Shown: positions 46,123 through 56,500 of the stretch, piece by piece
Numbering within the stretch: position 1 is the first letter of the stretch
Layout of the letters: each line of letters opens with the position of its first letter
DNA from: an uncultured bacterium
Lineage (GTDB): Bacteria > Babelota > Babeliae > Babelales > Vermiphilaceae
Assembly: GCA_963707655.1 (NCBI GenBank)
Contig: OY970172.1
Coordinates: 739,665 to 803,664, forward strand
Length of the DNA: 64,000 bases
Direction: 5' to 3'
Notes under the pieces: generated by a model
The model's database searches: none
The model's input: only the letters and a program-made list of their open reading frames with translations
What the model was told of the DNA's origin: nothing
Program-made: the position numbers and the translations under genes

Positions 46123-48126
46123 ATGATACGTATGATAAAAATAGCGCTTGTGCTCGGGCTATATTCCTCTTTTTTGATCCATGGCGCTGAAATTCCCGCT
46201 CAAAATTGGGATGTATCAATACAATGTAGCGACGGAACGGTTCACTTAACTCAACAGGAATGGGCTTCTCTCGTGAATGCATCTGAAACAATGAGAGATC
46301 TTGCAAATAATAGCCAGCAACCAGAAGACAATGCGGTGGTTCTAGACATGTCTACGATGAATAAAGAGAGACTGAAGCGTGTATTATCTCTTATACAAAA
46401 TCAAACAGATATTAACAAAAAGCTGCAAACACTGAATTTTGAAGAACAACTATACTTATTCGGAGATAGTGATTTTCTGAATATTCCCTCCATTCTTCAT
46501 CCTTTAAACCCCATCATAATTGAAGGTTTATCTGCAGATAAGGGTAATTTTTTGAAAGAATTCTCCAAAAACAAACAGGATGCCGTGATACGCTTAAGCT
46601 CTTATGGCATCGATATGAGCAACACTGATATTGGCTACGGCATGATTAAGCCCCGCCTCAATGATCTATGGGCTCCTTCGGTCATGCGTCTTACCGGCCA
46701 TACAAATGACATAACGTCAGTAGCATGGAGTCCCGATGGCACCAAGGCTGCCTCTGGATCATGGGATAACACTATACGCGTAAATGATTCTCGTACGGGA
46801 GCTTTGCTCCTAACGATCACCGGCCATACAGATGCGATTACCTCAGTGGCATGGAGTCCTGATGGCACCAAGATTGCCTCTGGCTCACGCGATGAAACGG
46901 TATGCATCTGGAATGCTGCCACGGGCCAGCTGCTAAAAACGCTGCGGCCGCCTGCTGCATCTGTTATTACATCAGTAGCATGGAGCCCTGATAGCACCAA
47001 GATTGCCTCTGGCTCACGCGATGAAACGGTATGCATCTGGGATGCCGCCACGGGCCAGCTGCTAAACGTGCTGAACGGCCATACAGACATTGTCACATCG
47101 GTAGCATGGAGTCCTGATGGGACCAAAATTGCTTCCGGTTCGCAGGACAAAACAGTACGCATCTGGCACGCTGACACGGGCCAGCCGCTAAACGTGCTCA
47201 ACGGCCACACAGACATCGTCACATCAGTGGCGTGGAGCCCTAATGGCACCAAGATTGCCTCCGGTTCGTATGACAAAACAATACGTATCTGGGATGCTAT
47301 CACACACCAGCAGTTAAACGTGCTCAGTGGTCATACAGACATCGTCACATCAGTGGCGTGGAGTCCAGACAGCTCCAAGGTAGCCGGCTCACACGGCAAA
47401 ACGATACGCATTTGGGACGTCATTACAAGCCAGCCATTATATACGTTGGCCGACCTTAAAAAAATAAGTAATCCTACTCCTAATAACCGTCCTGCGCTTT
47501 CTCCTGTTGCGCGCGCGGCTCTTCCTAGACTTTTCGTGTTTGGTGGTACGTTTCTTTACGCCGTTGTTGGATATCTTGCCTTCTTGCGCCCTGGCACGGT
47601 TAAAAGGAGGCGTGAAATAAATGAAATGATCACCCTTAATAATACCTACAAACACAACACCAGCTTTGAACCAGGCCCTCTTCTATCAACAAATATGGCG
47701 CGTCTTGATGCAATCTATGCCATACTTCTCGCCCCACTTGGTGTCCTCGCTGGCCTGGATAGCATACCTATACTCAAAAGTATCACTCAGAAACACCTTG
47801 CTCCCGAGCGCATTACTTCAGTGGCATGGAGCCCTGATGGCGTCAAAATTCTGTCTGGTTCAACAAATAGGCTTGTTCGCATCTACGACGTAAAGCCACT
47901 TTTTTTTATTCGACACATTACCATGCTAGAAGCCTTTGAGCTGCTTACCACTTTTCAAGACAAGCCACTTGCGGTTGCGCAAGAGCTCTTTGATGCAATA
48001 ATATTTAAGAAAATAGAGAAACAAGAAACATACAAGCTACCATTATCGAAAAAAGAGGTAATTCAATCGCTTGTGCGCACGCGCAACAACCCAAAAGCTT
48101 CTTCTTCGAATGCTACTCAACAATAG
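46123..48126 (+). CDS. WD40-repeat protein with signal peptide and an internal two-TM insertion
   Basis: AAGGAG SD and signal peptide MIRMIKIALVLGLYSSFLIHGA. Six contiguous blades follow the pattern HTDxxTSVAWSPDGTKIASGSxDxTxRIWD. Two hydrophobic helices come next (FVFGGTFLYAVVGYLAFL and AIYAILLAPLGVLAGL). A seventh blade (ERITSVAWSPDGVKILSGSTNRLVRIYD) ends the repeat region. Confidence 0.85.
   Translation: MIRMIKIALVLGLYSSFLIHGAEIPAQNWDVSIQCSDGTVHLTQQEWASLVNASETMRDLANNSQQPEDNAVVLDMSTMNKERLKRVLSLIQNQTDINKKLQTLNFEEQLYLFGDSDFLNIPSILHPLNPIIIEGLSADKGNFLKEFSKNKQDAVIRLSSYGIDMSNTDIGYGMIKPRLNDLWAPSVMRLTGHTNDITSVAWSPDGTKAASGSWDNTIRVNDSRTGALLLTITGHTDAITSVAWSPDGTKIASGSRDETVCIWNAATGQLLKTLRPPAASVITSVAWSPDSTKIASGSRDETVCIWDAATGQLLNVLNGHTDIVTSVAWSPDGTKIASGSQDKTVRIWHADTGQPLNVLNGHTDIVTSVAWSPNGTKIASGSYDKTIRIWDAITHQQLNVLSGHTDIVTSVAWSPDSSKVAGSHGKTIRIWDVITSQPLYTLADLKKISNPTPNNRPALSPVARAALPRLFVFGGTFLYAVVGYLAFLRPGTVKRRREINEMITLNNTYKHNTSFEPGPLLSTNMARLDAIYAILLAPLGVLAGLDSIPILKSITQKHLAPERITSVAWSPDGVKILSGSTNRLVRIYDVKPLFFIRHITMLEAFELLTTFQDKPLAVAQELFDAIIFKKIEKQETYKLPLSKKEVIQSLVRTRNNPKASSSNATQQ
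46690..47430 (+). repeat. 126-bp tandem coding repeats (WD40 blades) with high nucleotide identity
   Basis: Long near-identical stretches such as AAGATTGCCTCTGGCTCACGCGATGAAACGGTATGCATCTGG occur at about 46871 and about 47000. AACGTGCTxAACGGCCAxACAGACATxGTCACATC is also repeated. Confidence 0.85.
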
Positions 48127-48258
48127 CCATTTTTTATGTATTGTTTTAGTAGAATTTTTTTTGTAACGGGCTTCATAATCTTTTTATTGTAATTCCCCCA
48201 GTTTTTATTATAATCTCCGATAGTGCCTTTTGGTCAATAAACTCACGCGATAAAAAAG

Positions 48259-49116
48259 ATGTTTGTAATGAAGAAGTTAGGGATAGTATTAATAATATTT
48301 TTTATGCTGTTGCCAGGATGCGCGCATATCAAAAGAACAAAAATCGCGCAGCAAGACGCCCCCTTAAAACAACAAAAAAATAGTGTGCCCACCGTACAAC
48401 AAAACAGCGAAAAAAAACCTATTCTTGTCTCATTTGCTCCGGCAATGTTGTACAAAAAAGATACGGACAGCAGCAGTGCACAGCTAAAAAACATGCAAGA
48501 AATCCTTGATTTGCTTCCTTCTTTAAAAGCAAGTAGCTACCTGTCACTTGCCTATCATGTATTGCTTCAAGAAACATCTCCCCTTAAAGATAAAATCACC
48601 CTGTACCATGCATTAAAAAAATTATCTCATGACCAATCAACCAATGATGTATTACAGTTTTTTATTCACGTATTATCTGAAAATGAAGCCTATCTGACCG
48701 AACATCCTTTACGTGATTTACACACTTCTTTGGTAAATGCCTCTTCTCTTGAGTCATCTGATTTTTTTAAAGAGCATCCTGAGATTAGTGATGTAGTCTG
48801 GCCACTTGAGGAATTATACAAAACGGGAAATAACCTGCTGCAGGAGGCGGTACGCCTTAACAATTATGCAGCGGTGCACTATTTGCTTAAAAAAGGAGCG
48901 CTGCCGCGCCACCTTGATGATCCGCGTGGAGCGGTGCTTGCTTTGGAATGGGCAGATAAATATAGATATCAGAATATTGCCCAAGAGCTTTCATTAACGC
49001 TTAATCAAATCAGCGGCGAGCATATTACGATCCTTGACGAACTGTTATATAAAGATCCCCATGCTGCACAATTAGTGCGTAAATACGGGGGCAAAAGAGC
49101 AATTGAGCTTATTTAG
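48259..49116 (+). CDS. lipoprotein with a possible C-terminal ankyrin repeat
   Basis: Lipobox FFMLLPGC. The C-terminal GNNLLQEAVRLNNYAAVHYLLKKGALP resembles one ANK unit. Confidence 0.55.
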   Translation: MFVMKKLGIVLIIFFMLLPGCAHIKRTKIAQQDAPLKQQKNSVPTVQQNSEKKPILVSFAPAMLYKKDTDSSSAQLKNMQEILDLLPSLKASSYLSLAYHVLLQETSPLKDKITLYHALKKLSHDQSTNDVLQFFIHVLSENEAYLTEHPLRDLHTSLVNASSLESSDFFKEHPEISDVVWPLEELYKTGNNLLQEAVRLNNYAAVHYLLKKGALPRHLDDPRGAVLALEWADKYRYQNIAQELSLTLNQISGEHITILDELLYKDPHAAQLVRKYGGKRAIELI

Positions 49117-49168
49117 AACTTGTCACAAGAATGTAAGGGGTTTGATCCCTTGATCACCAATGATCAAT

Positions 49169-49633
49169 CTAGCGGGTAGATCGCTTTTGCAACACGTCAT
49201 CCTCTTGAGAACCATTGTGTCGATCGATATGTATAAAGAAATCATCGGTAGCGCCTCGTTCCGTGGCGGTACGGCGAGGCTCGCTATAACCGTTGCCCTC
49301 ATCTAGTCCCAGGACGAATTCACCATCACGGTTTTCACGCACCCTTACCTTATGACGCTCAAGAAAAGAACCCATTGTTCCCTGCTTGTGCGCAGCTCGC
49401 AAACGCTTGTCAACATTACAATCTGACACAGAGTGTATTTTACCGTCCATCAAGACAAAAAATGATTTTCGATTATAGCCCACCTCTATATTTTTAACAG
49501 AACTGGCTGCATTGATTGTTTTTTGCGATTGGATAAAGCTGACATCCATTTGCGCCTCATGATTATTGTTTTCTGCCGCGCATAATATGAGGGGGAAGGT
49601 GAAGAATAATTTTTTAAACATAAACTCTTTCAT
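49169..49633 (-). CDS. secreted hypothetical protein
   Basis: Signal peptide KKLFFTFPLILCAA. 154 aa, no motif. Confidence 0.5.
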   Translation of the reverse strand: MKEFMFKKLFFTFPLILCAAENNNHEAQMDVSFIQSQKTINAASSVKNIEVGYNRKSFFVLMDGKIHSVSDCNVDKRLRAAHKQGTMGSFLERHKVRVRENRDGEFVLGLDEGNGYSEPRRTATERGATDDFFIHIDRHNGSQEDDVLQKRSTR

Positions 49634-49887
49634 TGAGATGCACTTTCCATGCGCATCACCTTTTAAAAACTTTACTTATTGTCAAATATATATTTCTATC
49701 TTATATAAATTAATTCACCCCTGTCAACAACAAAGGCCCTGGTGATCTGGAAACACCGCATACGCCGCTTTCGAATCACCGTAATTTTCCGATACGCTCT
49801 TCATAAGTGCCTATGCGTAAATTGACGAGCAATACCAAATGATTTATTCTTCTCCTCGATTAATAAATATATTGTAAGGAGATTTGC

Positions 49888-51249
49888 ATGAAGAGTTTAT
49901 ATTCTGTTGTACTGTTTTTTAGTCTCATCAATAACAACTACGCTCACTCAACATATGACGGCTTGATAGAAAATCTTCATGCTGCCTGCGTTGACACCGT
50001 TGATTTCTTATTCACCGACATTCTTGGCTCGTTGCGCTGTGTAACCGTTCCCCTCCTCGCTGCTGCTGACGCTTTTAAGAACGGTATGGAATTTGATGGC
50101 TCATCTATTCCCGGCTATGTATCAATCTATGAAAGCGATATGCATCTCAAGCCCGATATGAACACATTGCAGATCGTAGACAATAAAGCACATGTCATAT
50201 GCGATATTTATTGCTCCGCTTGCGATCCTTATGAGGGGGATCCGCGTTACTTATTGAAAAAACAATTAGAGCGCGCGAAAACATTAGGATATGAATTTTA
50301 TGTAGGTCCAGAATTAGAATTCTTTTTATTAGATAATCAAAACAACGATCCTGTTGATGCAAGCTGTTATTTTGATGCAAGCGACACAACTTCTCTTGAC
50401 TATCAAAAACGCACATTGATAAATGCATTGGTACGAAACGAGATTGGTGTTGAAAAATGGCATCACGAAGTCGCCAAAGGCCAACACGAAACAAGCCTTC
50501 ACTATGCTGACGCATTGGTTATGGCTGACCAAATTGTGCGCGCAAAACAAGTACTAAAAATGCAAGCGTATGAATTGGGCCTTCGCGCATTGTTCATGCC
50601 AAAGCCCTTTTTCGGCATGAACGGCAGTGGCATGCATATTCATTTTAGTTTGTATGATAGCGCTTTATGCAAAAACGCTTTTTACGAAAAAGATAACCCA
50701 CTCTATTTATCAGACACCGCGCACCATTTTATTGCCGGTGTTTTAAAATATGTGCCCGCAATGAGCGCGATTTGCAATCCTACCGTTAATTCATACAAAA
50801 GATTGGTTGCCGGTTATGAGGCGCCGGTCTATGTTTGTTGGGCGTCAAAAAATAGAAGTGCCTTAGTCAGAATTCCACAAATTGATGCAACGCAAGCATC
50901 TGCTGCTCGTGCTGAATTACGTTCGCCCGATGCCATGAGCAATCCGTATGCGTTGTTTGCTTTGCTGTTGGCCGCAGGCTTGCAGGGCATAGAAGATGAG
51001 CTGGAATTGGCTCCTCCCGTAGAACAAAATTTGTACAAACTTTCTTTAGAACAAATAAAAACGAGCGGCATCACTATGTTGCCCGAATCGTTGCAAGATG
51101 CGCTGATATGCTTGAGCCAAAATGATTTTGTTAAGCGCGCATTGAGCGATCGTTTTGTCCAAGAGTTTGTATACATAAAGCAAAAAGAAGTTGAGCAATT
51201 TAATCGTACAGTTACTAATTGGGAATGGAAGCAATATGCGTCAAAATGA
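49888..51249 (+). CDS. glnA: type I glutamine synthetase
   Basis: FTDILGSL (beta-grasp), FMPKPFFGMNGSGMHIHFSL, NSYKRLVAGYEAP and ELRSPDA. An unusual hydrophobic 20-aa N-terminal extension is present. Confidence 0.85.
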   Translation: MKSLYSVVLFFSLINNNYAHSTYDGLIENLHAACVDTVDFLFTDILGSLRCVTVPLLAAADAFKNGMEFDGSSIPGYVSIYESDMHLKPDMNTLQIVDNKAHVICDIYCSACDPYEGDPRYLLKKQLERAKTLGYEFYVGPELEFFLLDNQNNDPVDASCYFDASDTTSLDYQKRTLINALVRNEIGVEKWHHEVAKGQHETSLHYADALVMADQIVRAKQVLKMQAYELGLRALFMPKPFFGMNGSGMHIHFSLYDSALCKNAFYEKDNPLYLSDTAHHFIAGVLKYVPAMSAICNPTVNSYKRLVAGYEAPVYVCWASKNRSALVRIPQIDATQASAARAELRSPDAMSNPYALFALLLAAGLQGIEDELELAPPVEQNLYKLSLEQIKTSGITMLPESLQDALICLSQNDFVKRALSDRFVQEFVYIKQKEVEQFNRTVTNWEWKQYASK

Positions 51250-51434
51250 CTGTATGATCATTGTTTCCGCGATGTTTCGTATTGACTGAATATCAAGATC
51301 TTGACATGTATATAATAGGTTGTTACGATCATCCTCATAAATAGTTTTTGCTATTAACAATGTCCCTAAATGAACAATACATCTTTGTATTGTTCACCCC
51401 CCTAACCCTTCAGCTTTCATAGTTGGAGGGATTT

Positions 51435-52004
51435 TTATTTCTGGCTGATTGCAGTAATCATCTCTAGATGGCAACTCATTTTATAGTGGTCATGAGTATG
51501 AGATTGCAGCGTGAAGTTGTTGCACAGCAACATTGGCCTGCCACGCAAAGCTTGAAGATAATTTTGAATTTTATTCGCATCTCCCTCTGCTTGCAGAACA
51601 AGAGCATCGACTTGATACCAAGTATATTTTTTTGAAATTTTATTGTGTGTGCATGACGTAACAACGAGCCCTGCTTTTTGTGCATCTTGCATAATCATTA
51701 GCAGAACATTTTTTATGCTCTGCGCAGCATAAGCAGCATACTCTGTTTGCAATAACGCGAGCGCCTGCTCCGTAGAGGTCGTTAAGTGGTGAATATGCTT
51801 AATCTCTTTTATTCTGTTTTGGCAATGCACCATTTCAGCTTCGTACCTTTGTTGCTGCTGTGTAATCGGTTTATGCAGCAGTAAATACCAACTCATTATG
51901 CATGCACTTATTATTGTTAGGCTCAGTAGATAACGTGTGGCGCGAGAGAGTCCCGCTATGGCACCATAATAACGATTGCCACGAGGAATAAAATATGACA
52001 TCAA
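51435..52004 (-). CDS. bitopic membrane protein, possibly PilO-like
   Basis: N-terminal TM (YLLSLTIISACIMSWYLLL), a coiled-coil, then an alpha/beta domain (AGLVVTSCTHN...YQVDALVLQAEGDANKIQNYLQAL), as in PilO. The call rests on architecture only. Confidence 0.35.
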   Translation of the reverse strand: MMSYFIPRGNRYYGAIAGLSRATRYLLSLTIISACIMSWYLLLHKPITQQQQRYEAEMVHCQNRIKEIKHIHHLTTSTEQALALLQTEYAAYAAQSIKNVLLMIMQDAQKAGLVVTSCTHNKISKKYTWYQVDALVLQAEGDANKIQNYLQALRGRPMLLCNNFTLQSHTHDHYKMSCHLEMITAISQK

Positions 52005-52044
52005 GCTACTCTTCCTTTTTTATGAAGGCTTGTTCAAACTAAAA

Positions 52045-53250
52045 TTAAAATGTTGATTTTGTCCACTGCATTGGATCAACGGCAGTGTTGTTCACGCGCA
52101 ATTCCCAATGAAGATGATAGCCCGTTGCATAGCCGGTTTTTCCTAATGTACCGATAGGGTTCCCTTTGCTCACCTTTTGGCCAACAGTAATATTGGCAAA
52201 ATCTTCGAGATGATAGAAGAGCGAAAGCACGCCGCAGCCATGATCAATAACTACCGTGTTTCCGCTAAATGCGTAACGGTCCTTAACCACAACAACCCCG
52301 TCTTGCGTTGCCCAAATAACGCTCTTTGGAGCATTAATGACATCAAGAGCTTTGTGCATGTAGCGGCCGCGCTCTTGAGTGGTGCGTATGGTGCCAAAAT
52401 CGCACGTAATTTTTGCTATATCAATCGGCGTGCAAAAAGTGCCGCGCCACAATTTTTCTTGTGGGGATTGCAACGCCAATTTTTGCAAGTTTTCTTCTAG
52501 ATCCGCCATGGCAAGATCGATCTGCTTTTCTTTTTGTACTGTTTCTGCACTCACTTGCAAATTCTGCTTTTTGAAAGGGTACATAATGATTTGGAATTTA
52601 TTTTCCAAGTTCAAGACGTTCCCAACATGATCGGCAACTTCTATTGAAAAGAGATATTCATTAGGAGTCTCTTCACAAGGAATCGGGATAAAACACTCAT
52701 AAATAGGTGATTTGGAAGACTCTTTTACGCAGTGATAGCCGGTTGCCAAGGCATTTATTTTTGCTGCTTTAATTTCTTTATTTACTTGAAACTGAATGTG
52801 TAATGTTCTTCCCTGGAATACCTTATAATCGGCATCGGGCCTTACAAGAGCTGCTTGCAGCGGCATGTTATCAACTATAAAATTATACTGCACTGAATTC
52901 TTATTCTTGTGAAACGTTGAATCAGTCAATTCAACAGTAAGATTATGGGCACCATTTGCGATTGTTTTGGTAGGAATGGTGAACGGATAATTTTGTTGTT
53001 TACTGCCAAGGCGATAGTTGCTGCTCAGCGGCTGGCCATCGAGCAAAACGCACAGATCACCTGCTTTACTGCTCGCTATTTGACAGACAAGATCTCCCGA
53101 ATAAAAACAACCCTCTTGTATACCTTGAACAGCAATAACCGGAAGCGCTCTATCAAAACAATAGATATATATTCCCCAGCCCAGCCAACCAGTCAGAATA
53201 GTTCCTGCAACTATTCCCGCATATTTAATTTTGAATTCCACTGAAAACAA
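52045..53250 (-). CDS. M23-family (LytM) metallopeptidase, membrane anchored
   Basis: N-terminal TM. C-terminal HxxxD/HxH-type block: VIDHGCGVLSLFYHL...GKTGYATGYHLHWELRVNNTAVDP. Confidence 0.85.
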   Translation of the reverse strand: MFSVEFKIKYAGIVAGTILTGWLGWGIYIYCFDRALPVIAVQGIQEGCFYSGDLVCQIASSKAGDLCVLLDGQPLSSNYRLGSKQQNYPFTIPTKTIANGAHNLTVELTDSTFHKNKNSVQYNFIVDNMPLQAALVRPDADYKVFQGRTLHIQFQVNKEIKAAKINALATGYHCVKESSKSPIYECFIPIPCEETPNEYLFSIEVADHVGNVLNLENKFQIIMYPFKKQNLQVSAETVQKEKQIDLAMADLEENLQKLALQSPQEKLWRGTFCTPIDIAKITCDFGTIRTTQERGRYMHKALDVINAPKSVIWATQDGVVVVKDRYAFSGNTVVIDHGCGVLSLFYHLEDFANITVGQKVSKGNPIGTLGKTGYATGYHLHWELRVNNTAVDPMQWTKSTF

Positions 53251-53562
53251 CCTCTTTTTTATAGTGCATTGAAAACAACTTTTTGACCGTGTCTTAATAT
53301 AAATCTTTTTGTGCTACTTTACCAGAAAAAACCCAAGATTTTGCAGCTGTCGAATGATATGTTTGATGCCACCATACCGCATCGAGTTATTTATGTAATG
53401 ATATCGCCGGAAACGTTATTAGAAATAGCCTTTTGCTTCACACGCTTTTATTGAATTATAATTTCAAATATAAACATGTGTTGACAGTGGTTGCTGTTTT
53501 TGTGGTAAAATTGCATTAATAAAGATAATTTCTCTATGCTCATGGTAAAATAAGGAAATTTC

Positions 53563-56500
53563 ATGAATTTTAAAACAATTTTATATACATTCATGTTAAT
53601 GTTGACCCCTGCACTTCTCCATGGAATGGCACAACCGCCACAACCGGTTCAGTCTATTGCCAATGATGCCAAAGCACGAGTAACCGAGGCCATACAAAAA
53701 AACGATTTTGCGGCAGCACAAAAAGTCATCAATGAATTACAGATCACACACCAGAGCGTCAGGGCTCCAGGGCCAGCATCTGTCCTGGCAGACATGGTAA
53801 AACAGTTGCAAGTAATTTTGCAGCAAGCAATGGCGAATTATCAACAACTGAATCAGCCGATAGCTCCCGCGCCACAACCGGCATTAGTTCTGCCTGCACC
53901 TAAATTTAATCCCCAAGCTGGGATGCTCCCAAAACCTCAACCCGCGCCGAGCACGCCAGCGCCAATGGCCTATCCGCAAGCGGGGATACTCCCAACGCCT
54001 CAGCCAATGCCAGGAGTTATACCTGCACCTAAATTTAATCCCCAAGCTGGAATGCTCCCAAAACCTCAAGCCGCACCGAGCGCGCCAGCGCCAGTGGTCT
54101 ATCCGCAAGCTGGACGACTACCGGCATATCAACCGGTTCCAGTGAGCTATTCGCAGCAACCAGCGCAATCACCAACAGCTCAGCTCATGCCAGGAGTTGT
54201 ACCTGGACGCCTACCGATACTTCAACCAGCGTCACCAAATACCCCGGCAACACCGCAAATAATGCCTGGACAACAACTCCAAGGACAACCAACGCCAGTA
54301 GGCTACCCGCAAGCTGGTCGACTGCCTACACCAGCAGCCCCGGTGGTAAATCCGCCCCAACAAGCTCCATCGTTGCGGGGGCAGCCCGTTGTCCCGGCAC
54401 ATGTACTTGCAACAATGGCAAAGAACAAACCGGCACTCTATCCTGCAATGGCATATCTAGGGCAATACATGCAATCACCAGCACCAAGCGCACCAGCAAA
54501 CATTGCGGCTGGACAGCTGCAAGTACCGGCTGCAAATGAAATCCCCACGAGCATAGAAAATTTATCAGAGATGGAGGCGAAAACCGCGATAATCAAAGCT
54601 CTTCTTCATGGTATAGAACAAGGAATACGGGCCGGGAATACCTTCAATGCCATTGCTGCAAAAAATTGCTGGCTCCAGCATGTAATGCAGGAATGGGGTG
54701 CCGGTGCCGCCTATCAAAAATATGTTGAAGATACAATTATCAAAGGGGTCAAGAGCCGCTATGGGTCGCTGGACACAAGCAATCAGAACACCGTAAATGC
54801 GTTCATCAGAGCCAGCGCGAGCGACCCACTTTTTGCAGCGGCTTATATATTTACTTTAGACAAAGCGGCTTTCCCTACCGTTGCAAACACTATCAAGTCT
54901 TATCAAGTCTTTAATCCATTGCAGAATCAGATAGATCAATTCATTAAAGATCAAGAGTATGAAAAAGCCATTAGTTATGCTTACCTTTTTAAGGATTTGA
55001 GTTCAATATACCGTGAAAATCGAAGTCCTCAGCAAAACACCGCAGGAAATCCTTTTTTGCTTGATACATTAACAATGGCCCCAGATACGTTTAAGAATAT
55101 CGATGAGCAATTAAAAGGGTTATTGAGGGTCAATGACAATACAAAAATCAGAGAGATGATTAATAATTTGTATGCAGAAAAAAAATACATCACTGCCAGT
55201 TATGTGTGGATGATTTCATCAGCATACAATGTCGTTTACTCTCAAATCCCAGCAGCAACAAGTGCAAATCAGCCCGCCGCCAGCGAGATAACGGATAGCG
55301 CTCCGTTCAATATTGCCTTTGATCAGTGGTACAGCAGCTGTAACGCGGCGCTACAAAATTCTGCGGTTAAACCATTATCTTTTGATGCATTTAAGCAGGC
55401 CATGAATATATTCATAAATAAGACCAAAGCACGATTTGCCAATGCAAATAAATGGTTCAACACCGATAACTTGAATACCAATATTCCCGAAGGAAACATA
55501 CCTTATGTTGAACGCGTGCATATTCCCAAAGGCTCTATTGTTGGGTTCCATGCTGATATTCATGGCAACGTGCAGGCATTAAACAGTTATTTGAGAGCGC
55601 TTGCAGATAAAGGTTATCTAGATAAGCAGAACCAATTTAAAATAGCTGATCCTAATTTTTACCTCATATTTTTAGGGGACTATGTTGATCGCGGCATTTT
55701 TGGCGTAGAGGTTTTATACACTCTCATGCGCTTAAAACTCACCAATCCCGATCGTGTATTCTTGGCACGCGGGAACCATGAAGACGCAGACTTCCAAAAC
55801 GTGCTGCCTAATGGCCTACTTACCAGAGAAGTGGCTACCAAATTTGGCGTTCAGATTGAGAATGAGCTTGCCAAACTCCTTCCATCGCTCTATAACTGCC
55901 TGCCTGTTGCACTATACACACAAGTGGGCAATGCAGCTAAAAAAGAATATATTTTGTGTTGCCATGGTGGTTGGGATGTAGGTTATGATCCAGTGCCGTT
56001 TTTAACAGCAAATAAAACCTACCATGCTTTTGATACGCTACATTACAAAGACATACTTGATCAATTACCCGGTGACATTCGCACCACACTTCAATCGTTT
56101 GCCAACAGGTATCCGCGAGGCGCGGGGAAATACACGCAAAATCCTAAAATAACAGATATAACTAGTTTAGACTTTTTGTGGAACGATTTTTATTATGAGG
56201 ATGAAACAACAGTTGCTGAATTCATGGACGGGAGAGGCTTGCAAATGGGCCAACCGCTCATACAAGCGCTTCGTAGCCTGACGGCACACAATGGTATTAA
56301 TATTCAGGCTATTTTTAGAGCGCATCAGCATTCCGGCCTCAGCAGAGCCCCAATGTGGATGCGCGCAATGGTCGATAATAAAGTTACTAAATTGTGGCCA
56401 CTTGCAAGATCTGCGGACCCTGCCCTATGGCTCGGCATGGTTATTACCTTTTTAGTTTCACCTAATGAAGGATACCCAAATACCTTTGATTCCTGGGGAG

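Noticed and set aside
46635-47303. 222-aa minus-strand ORF opposite the WD40 repeats
   Set aside because: It is a shadow ORF kept open by the repeat periodicity. The plus-strand frame gives textbook WD40 blades and has an SD plus a signal peptide.
46690-47430. Regularly spaced repeats checked as possible CRISPR arrays (also 13990-15400, 53893-54150, 34211-34321)
   Set aside because: All are in-frame coding repeats (WD40, ANK, and Pro-rich and acidic modules). Their periods of 126, 99, 129 and 60 bp lack the repeat-spacer structure of CRISPR, and no cas genes are present.
53481-53511. Candidate sigma70 promoter TTGACA-N19-TAAAAT (with TGg extended -10) upstream of the phosphatase gene
   Set aside because: The 19-nt spacing is longer than optimal, and AT-rich DNA yields many such matches. 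I did not report it as a feature for lack of transcription start data.
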